Shown here piece after piece: positions 26,124 to 38,100 of a stretch of DNA of 64,000 bases. Position numbers and translations under genes: made by a program. Source of the stretch: Squalus acanthias (taxonomy: Eukaryota); NCBI GenBank assembly GCA_030390025.1, contig CM059432.1:101620001-101684000 (forward strand), read 5' to 3'. The stretch's first letter is position 1, and every line of letters starts with the position of its first letter. The notes under the pieces are model-generated. The model made no database searches. It was not told the origin of the DNA and saw only the letters and a list, made by a program, of their open reading frames with translations.

Positions 26124-27104
26124 GTCAGTGAATGCATCTTCAAAAGCTGTCTCCTACCAACTGCATCACTAGCCTCACATACTGCTCATTGCATGATCCC
26201 CCCCACCTCCCACAATCACTCACCTACCAACAATCTGTACCAAACACGAGGCACACCACCCATTCCTAGCTTCACCTCATCTCCTTGGAGGAGACGGTGC
26301 TGGCCATTCTTGGCAGGGACATGGCTGAGCCCTTGGCCAGCGGCGGGGGTGAAAGGCTACAAGATGCTGGTATCCTCACACGTTATCCTCCTTCTCACAT
26401 CCCACTTCCCCCTCATCCCACAATATCTTCTGATTTACAAAGTGCACATGGTGTAAGCATGCAGATTCTGCTTTAACGCCCTCCCCTCACCACAACTCTA
26501 GCCTTGTGCCTTCCTCATTTCACACACCCAAGAAATACAGCCTGCTTAGCCAGTGGTTGAACAAGAAGAGGGAGAGGAGAGTGAAGAAGCAGAAGAAGAA
26601 GAAGAAAAAGAAGAGACACCATCACTTGATTTGACACTTCCAGCCACCAGCTCCTCGTGGTCGTCCTGCAAAGTCATCTGCCGTGTCCGCCACTAAAAGT
26701 GATCAGCCATGCTCCAGCCACTGGGGTAGCACTGCGTGACATCACTAGGATAGGCAAAGGCACATACAAGACAGTCACTAAGGGAATGCACAAGGGTGAA
26801 TAGTTGATTTCTTGATGCCATATTGGATGAACTGATGTATAAAGTTGAATTGGAAAGTTTGCTTTGTGGTGGCTTTTAGTTCAGCATTGTGGCCAAGAGG
26901 ATACTGTGATGGTCAGTAACAGAGGGAAGGTAAGGTGTGGGACTAATCTTGAAAGGGGAATTGAGCTTGTGGTCACTGGTACCGCAGGCAGATGATTCCA
27001 TCTTTGATATCCCGGCCAGAAAGGGGTTGTCTGGGTTGTATTCTTTCTTCCGCTTCCTCCTCTTCCTCTTCCGCATCTTCCTCATCTTCCTCTTCACTCT
27101 GCGA

Positions 27105-27243
27105 GCGGATGCTGTAAGTCTGAAATAGAAGCAGAACATTCTGGAAATACTCAGCAGGCCAGGCAGTGTCTCGACCTGAGACGTGAACTCCGTTTCTCTC
27201 GCCACGGATGCTGCCTGCTCAGTATTTCCAGCATTTTCTGTCT
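27105..27243. repeat. Short palindromic repeat (deleted copy of the 58362-58564 family)
   Basis: CTGGAAATACTCAGCAGG ... GATGCTGCCTGCTCAGTATTTCCAGCATTTTCTG. Confidence 0.7.
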
Positions 27244-27704
27244 TCTCAAAGGCCTTCCTTTACCATCGGAAGCCTTGCAAACTTCCAGCAGCACTCCCTG
27301 CACACTTTGAAAACTTTTAACATCTATTGCACCAAGCCACTACTTCAATAAAGTATTTTTTTTTAAGTCCAAAAGCTTAAATCCAAACTTAATTGAAAGA
27401 TGTGTGTGTCCCTTTAAGAAGCGCTGACAATGTCTCTCTATGTCTGCTGCACACACGCTTTACTGAGCGTGAGTTAAAGTCAGCGAAGAGGTTGAAGTTT
27501 GCAGACATGGTGTCAAGCCGGCATGACATCACGCTCTGCTGATTTGCATTTCTAGGGCCATGGCCCTCACCAAAATGATGGCTGCGGAGTCCCGCGCTGA
27601 AGGCGGGCGGAAATGCAGTGACCGCCATTTTTCCCCCCGAATCAGGCGATAACGGCCTGCCCTAAACCCCCGAATTTTTAGCCCAATGTTTCTAACAAAG
27701 AATG

Positions 27705-27860
27705 ACGTAGAATTTACAGCACAGAAACAGGCCATTCGACCCAACTGGTCTATGCCGGTGTTTATGCTCCACAGAAGCCTCCTCCCACCCTACTAACATA
27801 TCCTTCTGTTACTTGCTCCCTCACGTGCTTATCTAGCTTCCTCTTAAATGCATCTATGAA
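27705..27860 (-). mobile_element. CR1 3' tail fragment
   Basis: AGCACAGAAACAGGCCATTCGACCCAACTGGTCTATGCC is the reverse complement of a CR1-type 3' UTR. Confidence 0.6.
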
Positions 27861-28071
27861 AAAAATTAAAACGTTAAACTTCTTGAGGTAAAATTTGCAT
27901 GGGGCTTCCAACAATCTTGTGCTGAAGTTAGGTGGAAGGTCAGTGGAATCCCTATGGAAATTCCAGGCACTTCACTTTAGTGCAGAGTGAAGTAATGTAA
28001 CTGTTATCTTCAAAATGTTGTACAGTTACAGTTACATCATATAGGCCAGCAGATCAATACTAATGTTATTT

Positions 28072-28218
28072 TGGGTAATTTGTGCGATAGTGTAAAGTGG
28101 GTGATACAAAATCGGCAGCCATTGAAGCCAATAGAAATAAAAATCGGGAGAGATGTAAAACAGGCTGCCGCTTCACTATCATCCGTTTTACACTAGCTCA
28201 AGAAGTCAAAATCTACCC
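28072..28218. mobile_element. Partial copy of the short foldback MITE (47170-47355 family)
   Basis: GATAGTGTAAAGTGGGTGAT...CACTATCATCCGTTTTACACTA...GTCAAAATCTACCC. Confidence 0.7.
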
Positions 28219-29513
28219 TTTGGTATTCACTGTCTGGAAATTAACCTACACAATATTTATATCTTCATTGCATTACATAATATTTTCTGCATTGTTTCTA
28301 GATTTTACATATATAGTTAGAATAATATTTAAAGTAATATTAAGTTCATGCCTTAATCGACCAATGATGTTTAAAAATGCAGGATAACTGTAAAAATGTT
28401 GAGGAATACCTATGAACTTGTGCTACGCAGACAAGTGGTGCTCGGATGGTACAATTTGACATACATCAGAGTACCAAAAATCTAAATTCAGCATTTTGGG
28501 AGCGAGCAGTCAATATGGTCACCTCTGCCTTCCTTAAAATCATATAAAAACCCTCAAAAATTACAATACAAAAATAAATAGCAATTACTCTTCAAAGCCT
28601 TCTTTTATAATATTCATACAAATACACTCCAGAAAGCATGAGCCAAGGCTCTGTTAGCAATCTGACAAGGTAGGGCACTGAGTTCCAGCAGAATGGATCT
28701 AGGAGCCTGGGCAGCTGTCAGGTTGATCGAGCTAGCTCATCAGTCACAAAAAACTCTGCAAGGCTCAGTAGTCAAGACCAGTGACTGGATTCATCATCAG
28801 ACTGTCATTTCAGTACAACCACTGCCGATGGGTGAGTCTGTTACAATCTGCAGCCCCCTGGGGCAGTACAGCAAAGAGGGCAGTCTGCAGTTAAAGCTTC
28901 AGTGATTTTCCAAATCTTTCCAGTTGCTTTTTTTGTTGAATCAACAAAATCTTAATGGTTCTTCTGCTGCTCACAAAAATTCTTAAAATGGATCTGGTCA
29001 TGAAAAAGGACAAATTATATAGAAATCTAACTGAGATAAAGTATGTATTATGAATTAAAACTGCAACAGACGTAGAATTTGCAATAGGAAATTGTCATTT
29101 GAATGTGTTACTGTTTTATACACAAAACTGGTTCAAATTTCACCAAAGTAGATATATAACACAGGAAATCATGCTTCAACTTCTTACCTCAAAAACATCA
29201 AAGAACATAAGAAATAGGCCATTTGGCCCCTCGAGCCTGCTCTGCCATTCAATAAGATCATGGCTGATCTGATCTTAGCCTCAACTCCACTACTAATGTT
29301 TTGAGGTCTCAGGCAGCAGAAGTCCATAATTTAGACTCTTATTCTCTTTGTAGCTGGAGGGTAGAGATCGATTGTTGAATGTTCACAAAAACTTGGCAGT
29401 TTTGATGCTAAATAATTTTGAATTCCAAGACTCTTTTTAAATGAATATTAATTTTTAAGTTTTCTAAGTTACCTGCAGTTAGTCCTCTTAAAATGGAAAG
29501 TTTTAAAAAGTCA

Positions 29514-29519
<6 letters not shown>

Positions 29520-29551
<32 letters not shown>
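29520..29551. repeat. (TA)n microsatellite
   Basis: Direct reading. Confidence 0.95.
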
Positions 29552-29556
<5 letters not shown>

Positions 29557-30071
29557 TTTAATCATGAAAATTACCAAAGTGATTTTTTTTTCCTCTGAAA
29601 GCTGCCTCTTTTATAAGTTATCCAAAATTAATTGGTGGTGATATGACCCCAAACCTCTGTTTTGCCGTAGGCATTTAAAGGTACGTGCTAACATGACTTG
29701 ACTAAAAAGTTGCAAAGATTTTTCAACAGGTGGCTCGGTAGGATCTAAAAGGACTCTAATTTTAACTGACAGATGTAGCCAGTATATGCATTTTTCTTTC
29801 CTTGAGCCCTATGTTGAATCTTGCGGGCTGACATATGCTACAATTTGTTGTACTGTTTAACATTTAACCAAAGGTATCACTCAAAATTCTGCAGTGTATG
29901 ACATAATGTAGTTCAAGCATCATCATACAATAATGTTTATATCTACTGTAGTAAAATATGTAGAATGCTAAGAATCTTAAATATGAAAGAATAAGAATGA
30001 CACAGGTTCATTATTAGTTAAAGAACCCAAATAATTCTGAAATTATTACTAAAATCTCACAAATATATATT

Positions 30072-30430
30072 AGCCCGTCGACTTGGTTCAGTGGGAAGTG
30101 CCGCAGAAGTGCTATCCTTTGGATGAGACATTAAACTGAAGCCCCATCTGCCTGTTCAGACATTGAAGCTTTCTTGGCACTATTTGAGGAAGAGCACAGT
30201 GCACTCCTGGTATCTTGAGCAACATTCCTACTTTAATCAACACGAGCTAAAACAGAATTACTGATCATTCAGCCCATTGCAGTTTGTGGGACATCGTTGT
30301 GTGCAAACTGACTGCTGCAGTTGCATACCCAATAACATTCACTACACTTCAAAGTTAATTATTGTCCGTGAAGTGCTTTGAGATATTTCTAAGAGATGCG
30401 GACAAGGTGCTATACAAATGCATGTCAGCC
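30072..30430 (+). mobile_element. Deu-domain tRNA SINE (SacSINE-like)
   Basis: Core GTGCTATCCTTTGGATGAGACATTAAACTGAAGCCCC..GGCACTATTTGAGGAAGAGCA with an L2-type tail. Confidence 0.7.
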
Positions 30431-31595
30431 TTTCTATTTATAACCCGGAAATCTAAAGTCCAAGCATGAACTGCCCCCTAAAATTCTGAATTTTTCATTC
30501 AATTTTGAGCAGATTTGAATGGGTCTTAAAAAAATGAATAACTTGTCCATGAGAGGGATAGCTAAGTGGGATTGAAGCTCACGCTCAGGGAAATTAAATT
30601 TAATGTAAAGTTGTTACACCTTTTATATATTTCCAATATTTTTCACTTTAAACAATCTCTCTGTTCTGCAGTACTAATCTCTGAGAGCTTTAACTATGGA
30701 GCCTAGGAGAGAGACATTTAATTCAAACATAAGTGTGCAGATTTTGTTTACATCGTATGATGGGAAGGAGGGGGAAGAGTGCCACAAAGAACCTCTGCTA
30801 GCTGATATTGATTGCCACAAAATTGTTCTTTTTACGGGCTCATTGTGTTAAAAAAACAACTCCCAATCTTCACTGTGTCATATTATGTTCAGTCTATATA
30901 AATAGTCCCTTAGAAGATGAAAGAGGAAGGAATGTGATTATTCCTGGATGAGTTCAATTTCTCAGTAACATAAGAGACCCATCACTGGTAGAAGCCTTCG
31001 TTTTGACAGACTAGTTATGTGAGTTATATTAATTTCACTTCTAGCCTGTCAACATCTACACCTCTGCTTCCAAAGGTCTCTGGTGACACTGAGAAAAAAA
31101 CTTCTTTAGGTCTAAATTATGGAAACAACTTGGAGAAAGTGAAAGATATTATTCATGACCAGATGCATCGGCGTCATTCTTCTGCATGTCCCATGAGTAA
31201 AGCTAAATTAAACCACAGACACGTAAGTTCTTTGTATATTTTTTCATTCGGAATCATGTGATTTTCCTTTCCCACAATGACGTCAGGATGTCCCAAAACC
31301 CTTCACATTGCTGTTTGAGGGACCTTTGCTGTGCACAAATTGGCTGCCACATTTCCCTACATTACAACAGTGACAGGAAGCGCTTTGTGGCATCAGAGGT
31401 TGTGAAAGGCGCTGTATAAATGCAAGTTCTTTCTTTCTGCCCTTTCAACAAAGAACTCAAATAAAATAAAGTACCTTTACTCTGTGTATCTGTTTTTTTT
31501 TTAAATGAGATAAATATATAGAATACTTTTCTTAGGAAAAATGGTGACAATTACGTTGGCTATGATAAACAGTACAAATGATTGTACAAATATAA

Positions 31596-31843
31596 GGGCT
31601 GATTTTACCCCTGTCCCTGGCCTGGAAGGAATGGTGGGGGTGGGGTATTAACATGTTCCCATGGCGTTCCAACGCCCCATTTCCAGAGGAGTGGGGGCCT
31701 AATTTAAATGGCAAAGTTGCATCCCGATTATGTCATAAGGATGTGCAAGCCATTTTAACTGCGACCCAACTAAGGGCCGCATGGTTCGCTGTCCGCTTCA
31801 GGCCCCACACGCATGATACCCGCCTCCAGTAAAAAATCGGCCC
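31596..31843. mobile_element. Short Harbinger-type MITE
   Basis: TIR GGGCTGATTTT / AAAATCGGCCC. Flanks TAA/TAT. Confidence 0.6.
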
Positions 31844-32129
31844 TATAAATTCAATCAGCTTAATCTCGAGCTCTGAGGGGCCAGTGAAATGTGAGAGGCA
31901 AGAAGAGTGTGGAGTTTAGTCTCAGTGGGAGTGATGGGTACATAAGTATTGAAATTTTAATTTATACAATTTACTGTAGTTTGAGTTTTCATTTATTTGA
32001 ATTTACTTCATCTTAGCTATTCAATAATAAGGACAGATTAAAGTTGCTTATTTGGTGCCTTAACTGTGAGCAGGTATGAGGCAGGAATAGATACTTAATT
32101 GGTTAGAATACATGTGCAACTAGTTGTTT

Positions 32130-33215
32130 TCTTATTAGCAGTTTTTCTTGTCAATTACATCAGGTTGGCGGGTAGGAGACAGGTGAGCGCGGCAGAAGGC
32201 CGCAGGCCTGTGGGAATGGTCCTTGGAGAAGAGATCGAGGGTCCTAGATGATTGTGGCAAATCTGGGACAGGGGAGACCCAAGGATTCCTTGAAAAACAA
32301 GACATCAAGGGTGGTAATATTTTGATTTCTTCCTGTACCACAAACTGGACAAGTTAAGGAGAGGAGGATTAGGAAGATCTTTACATGGGTGCAGGGCTGG
32401 TGCAGGAGGGACATTCTTGGGACAGTGGAGTGAGTACTGGAAAAGCAGAAGGCTATTTAGAAGGGGCAATCTTCACCTGAACCAATGTCCTTGCAACTAT
32501 GGTTAACAGAGCAGTGGTGGATCATTTGGCAAGGTGAGAGAAAATCTAAGTTTGAGATTAGAGAGGTAGAGCAGGAGTAATAAAATTATTGGAGTAGAAA
32601 GGTTAGGTGAAATAAATAGTGAGAAAATACTTTAAATGGAGAAAGGGAAAGAAACAAGCTGTGAGGTAGTAAGAAGTAAAAACAGCATTGTGGAAGGGGA
32701 AAAGGATATCAAAAAATTAAATGAGAAAACCAGGAAAAAGAAGTGTGAACCATTCAAAAAATAGAGTCAGGATTGAGTGTTAGGTATGTGAATTCATAAA
32801 GCATTCAAGATAAAATTGGAAAGTTAGAAGCATTGATAACTATGGAGGAGTATGATATAACAACTATAATGGAGATATGAATTCAGATCTGATGCAGATA
32901 GTTCTGAACGATAAACAAGAACAATTGTTCAGCAATATTTGATGACTTTAGCTATCCCAAGATAAGTAATGCATGTGATCAAAGTGGGGAACACCTTTTA
33001 TAATGCATTCAGGACAGCTTCCTAGATTGATATGTTGCTAGTCCAACAAGGACTGACGTATTGCTTGATTTAATTCTTGGAAATGAGATGGGGAAACTGA
33101 TGTGAGATGAAGAGAACAATTGGGAAATAGTGACCACAACATAGTTAGATTTAATGTAAGAACTGAAGAAGATAATGAAGAGTCAAAGAGAAGGATGCTG
33201 GACTTCAAAAAAAGG
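32130..33215 (+). mobile_element. Heavily decayed 5' part of a CR1 LINE (ORF1 esterase and ORF2 endonuclease remnants)
   Basis: FLGQWSEYWKSRRLFRRGNLHLN (like the CR1 ORF1 DGLHLN motif). SPTRTDVLLDLILGNE and LGNSDHNIVRF are APE endonuclease motifs. Confidence 0.7.
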
Positions 33216-33872
33216 TAGAATTTAGCAGGACCACTCCAGGCTTTTGTATTAACACAAGCTGGGCATTTTGCTGTGAGTTTATCTGGTTTTTAACCTCGGA
33301 AGTATGATGATGGACAGAAAGAAGACAATACCGTGATGTGTTATAGAAAAAAATGGATTTTTTTGTCACAGGTTCATGCAGAGATTGTTGTTGTACTCAA
33401 ACAATAGATTTTTTTTGAACTGTGGTATATTTTATGTTTGTGAAAATCTTGTTCTGAAGATGATGCAATGGAGACAGTTATGCACATGAATTCTTTATTG
33501 AACATTTGAAGCTACATTAACACCATTCTTGAAAATTAGATGTTCCTTAATAGATTTATTATGCAAATATAGAAGTACAGGATACTTTCCATAAATCTGT
33601 TTACCTTGCAAAAAATCTTGCTGGTATTAATGTGTGGAACATTAAATATGATAAAGTACTCACCCATAACTAGGCTCCAGAAAGCATATCTCTGTCATTT
33701 GCTGTTACATATCTTGGATGTGACAGGCTTCCTAGAGGCCATAGTAATATCACTGACTTGTTATAAACTTTGAACACTTAACATGTCTCTTAAAAAAGCT
33801 GGCTGTCAGCTGAAGATTGACTGGCTTAGGGTGCCAGAATTGGGAAAACAATTTATCTTTATACTGTATAAA

Positions 33873-34270
33873 CCTGGCTCAGTTAGAAGCATTCTTACCT
33901 CTGGGGTTAGAACATTATTGTTCAAGTCCATACCAGCATCTGAGCTTAATCTAGCTGACACTCCAATACAGTACTTAGGCAATGCTGCATTGTCAGAGAT
34001 GCTGTCCTTTGGTTGAGATTTTAGACCAAGGGCCAGCCTGCTGTCTGGTAGCTCAGATGGACATTCAAGATCCTATAGCATTACTTAAAGGACAGGGAAT
34101 TCTCGTGATGTTCGGATCAACATTTCTCCCTCAATGAATACCACCAAAAAAAATGATTAACTGATCATTTATCTCAATGCTATTTGTGAAACATTTGCCA
34201 GTGCAGAATAACTGCTGTATTTGCCTACACAAGAAGTACGTATTGCAATCCAGTAAGGCACTATACACAT
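33873..34270 (+). mobile_element. Deu-domain tRNA SINE (old)
   Basis: Head CCTGGCTCAGTTAGAAGCA..GTTCAAGTCC and core GATGCTGTCCTTTGGTTGAGA. Confidence 0.65.
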
Positions 34271-34900
34271 GGCAATATTATTACAAGATAAGATTAAAAA
34301 GTGGGTCTCTCCAACAGGGAAAAGAGATATGAACACAATGATTATTTTGGCCAGTTAGAATGGTTGGGAAGGTGTAAAGGATCTTTCACTTTAAGGAGAA
34401 GCAACATTCACCAATAGCAAGAATCTCAAGTTAAAAAGTGTTAAAATAGTTTCATCTGAGGTTAAAGGAGATGTATGAAGAGTTCTGCAGCTCCTCACCT
34501 CGTACAAGCAGTAGTTACTTAATAACTTTAATCAGGACCAGAGTGGTCTCCTGGACTAGTTTCGATTGGCCAAGGGGGTCGGAGAGGAATTTTGCAGATT
34601 TTTTCCCCCCTAATTGGCCTGTTTTTTTATTACCTGGTTCCTTTCCTCACCCAGGAGATCATAAGGCACTGGGTGGGAGTATATATATTGTGATGCACAA
34701 GATATCATATTTGTGTGGGACAGGCTGGATGGACAAGTAGGTCTTTGCCTGTCCGTAATTTTTTTGTATGTTACATATGCTGGCCACCTTCTGTTGCAGG
34801 ATCCAAGTGAGATGGAAAATACTCCTACTTAGTTGGTCAGCACAGAATCCTCTGATGGAGTATTCTGTGCATACTTGTCTCCAAATATTACAGAAAAGGG

Positions 34901-35083
34901 TGTCGTAAGAATGAGCCTTACGCGTGGTAAACTTAATGTAAGCTTTAATCAACTTAAAACGGTGCTGCATACAAAAGAGGTCTTACCCTATGCCTCTTCC
35001 AGAGCTAACTGATCAGTCCAGTATTTATCCTGGACTGATTACAGGAAGTGATGTCATACAGGAAGCTGAAAAGTGTTACCACA
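34901..35083 (-). repeat. 3' LTR (183 bp)
   Basis: Identical by eye to 39138-39320. Confidence 0.97.
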
Positions 35084-35095
35084 TTCTCCCCCCCC
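35084..35095 (-). promoter_or_regulatory. Polypurine tract
   Basis: GGGGGGGGAGAA directly abutting the 3' LTR on the element's sense strand. Confidence 0.9.
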
Positions 35096-35101
35096 AAAAG
35101 A

Positions 35102-38100
35102 TTAGGAGGCCGGAATGCTCCCTCCATTTCGTAGCCGTTGGATGAGGGAGAGCCGCACCCGTTTGGGTTCTCGTAGCGGTAGAGGGCCCCTAGCCCGTTT
35201 ACCCGCTGCGGGCCATGGACCAGAGTCCGAGTGCTCCAGCCCGCTCTGTGAGGGGTCAGAACGATCCTGACCGTGTACTGGTACCCGAATGGGTGTCGGG
35301 CAGGGCTGTGGCAGATCCGTTTCTGAGCGTACGGTACAGGGTTGATCGTGGCTGCGCGTGCGAGCCCCGACGGGCTCATAGTCAGTCTGCCCCAGGTCGG
35401 CACGCTGGAGTGAGGTACCAGCCGGCGTTAGATCCCGATCATGATGAGAGGCACCTGGCAAGCCCAGAGATGTGCCTGGTACAATATCATCCCCTGGTGT
35501 CCCTCTATGTTTCGGCGGGCAGGGAGCCAGATCCCGCAATGACACGGTAGATTCCCGACCGTCAGGATACCGAATATAGGCGTAGGTAGGGTTGACGTCA
35601 GTGAGCTCAACCTCATCTACCAGGGGGTCATTCTTAGACGCCCGGACATATCTTCGGAGTAGCACTGGTCCCGGTGTAGTCAGCCACGACGGGAGAGATG
35701 TCCCATAGGATGAGCGACGCTGAAATCGGAAGAACCGTTCATGAGGCGTCGTATTTGTGGCGGTCGAAAGGAGGGACCGTGTGGAGTGTAATGCGTCTGG
35801 AAGTACTGCTTCCCATTGCTGGTTGGGTAGGCCCCGAGATCTCAAAGCCAGACGTACCGCATTCCAGATGATAGCGTTAAAACGCTCGACTTGCCCATTC
35901 CCAACCGGATGATAAGGCGTCGTTTTGCTGGCAGCAATACCCCGTTCCGAGAGATAGGCCTTGAGTTCTCCCGACATAAAAGAAGGGCCCCGATCTGAAT
36001 GAACATAGGATGCCATGCCACAGAAAGCAAATACCTGTTCAAGGCAGCTGATAACCGTGGTTGTCAGCATATTGGGGCAGGGAAAGGCAAACGGAAAACG
36101 AGAATACTCATCAACCATTGTTAATAGATAAGTGTTGCGAGTCGAAGAGGGCAACGGCCCCTTAAAATCGATGCTAAGCCTTTGCATTGGCTGGGTCGCA
36201 TGTATGAGTATACCACCCGAGGGGCGGAAAAACCGAGGTTTCAATTCCGCACAGACTCTGCAGTCCGAGCACATCTTCTTTACATCCCCGGTAGAGAATG
36301 GGAGATTTCGGGACCGCACGAAGTGCAGCATGCGAGTAACGCCTGGATGACACAACCCATCATGGATGTCTACGAGCGTAGAGGGTGCCATGGCGGAGCA
36401 GAATGCTCGTGTGAGGGTATCCGGAGCCACATTCTCCTTGCCAGGTCGATAGTGGATGGTGTAACCAAAAGAGGCCAATTCCAGCCGCCAAAGCTGGATT
36501 TTATTATTTTTAATTTTGGTCCGTTTTCGATTATCGAGCATGAAGGCGACCGATCGCTGGTCCGTGATTAAGGTAAAGTGCTGGCGAGCCAGGAGATGAC
36601 TCCACTTCCGTACTGCCTCTATGATGGCTGTAGCTTCTTTCTCGACTGGAGGATAATGTAGCTCAGCCCCTTGAAAAGTCCTGGACAAAAATGCCACCGG
36701 ACGACCTTCCTGATTCAGAGTGGCTGAGATTGCCACCTCCGAGGCATCACACTCAACCACGAAAGGAAGACTCTCATCAATGGAGTGAAGAGCCGCTTTC
36801 TCCAACTGCTTTTTCAGGAGGTTAAAGGCTGCAACAGCCGTTGTGTCTAGTGGGAATGTGCTGGCCTTCAGTAGAGGTTGGATTCGGTCCGAGAAGTTAG
36901 GAATCCATTTCGCATAGTATGCAAACAGGCCGAGGGCCCGGCGCAAGGAGGCCGGATTCTTAGGTGGCGGGAGTTCTTGGAGTGGGCGAAGCCTTTCAGG
37001 GTCAGGTTTAATGATGCCATTGCCCACACAATAGCCAAGGATGTTGATAGTTGGTTGTGACTCAATGGATTTAGCCGCATTCAATGTCAAATTACGGTGC
37101 TGGAGTGCATCCCAAAATCGTTGGAGATTGGCGTCATGTTCCTGCTGATTGCGACCTGCGACAGTAATATTGTCCAGATAAGGAAACGTATCCTTCAAGT
37201 CTTCCTGTTTGACCAGGTCATCCATTGCTCGCTGGAAGACAGCCACTCCATTAGTGACCCCAAAGGGGAGGCGACGAAATTGATACAGCCGCCCATTGGC
37301 TTCAAAGGCTGTATACTGCTTGTCTGAGACCTTCAAGGGTACCTGATGATAGGCGCTTTTCAGATCATAAGTCGAGAACACCGTGTACTCAGCCAATTTA
37401 TTAACCATATCATCGATGCGCGGCAATGGGTATGCGTCCAAGTCCGTATACTGATTGATGGTCTGTGAATAGTCAATGCACAGCCGTTTCTTGTGAGGTT
37501 GTAGAGGGTTCTTAACAATAACGACCTGGGCGCGCCATGGCGACGAACAAGGCTCGATGATATCCTCTGCTAAAAGCCGAGAAATCTCAGCCGCAATAAA
37601 AGACTGGTCTTCCTGACTGAAACGGCGTGACTTTGTTATAATCGGTTTGCATCGAGGAGGGATACTGGCAAACAGTGAGGGTTCATCCAGTGAAGCTGCT
37701 GACAAGGCACAGAACGGTAATCGAGGTCGTATATTAGAAATAGTGAGTTCAGGTTTGGATCCGCCGAACTCAATGGTAAGCTTCTTATGCTGCTTTTGAA
37801 AATCCAGCCCTAAGATAAGATCACTACATAAGTCCTTGAGCACCGAAAGCCGGGTGGAGGGATACCTGTGACCTTTAAGCATTATTTCAACTACACAGAA
37901 GCCAGAAATTCTGGTATTAAGTGATGACTGAGCCATCGCAACTGCCTGGTCCGATGGAAAAACATGTAGCTTTAACTGTGCAACAGTCTGTTCCCTAATG
38001 AAACTATCAGTGCTACCTGAGTCAATTAAGGCATCTAAAGTATGTCCCTTAATTGATGCTTTTGTAGCTGCATGGAATAGATTCTGAGGACAAGCAGCTG

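Larger units (their letters stand above)
25350..27684. mobile_element. Decayed PIF/Harbinger transposon with multi-exon Myb/SANT remnant
   Basis: Myb/SANT exon at 25895-26123 and a later remnant (EETVLAILGRDMAEP). Acidic tract at about 26560-26620. Right end GAATTTTTAGCCC; left end uncertain. Confidence 0.7.

Noticed and set aside
26876..27205. Arg/Lys-rich protamine-like ORF (similar case at 17683-17997)
   Set aside because: Derived from purine-rich low-complexity Harbinger remnants. Here it is fused to an inserted palindromic repeat.
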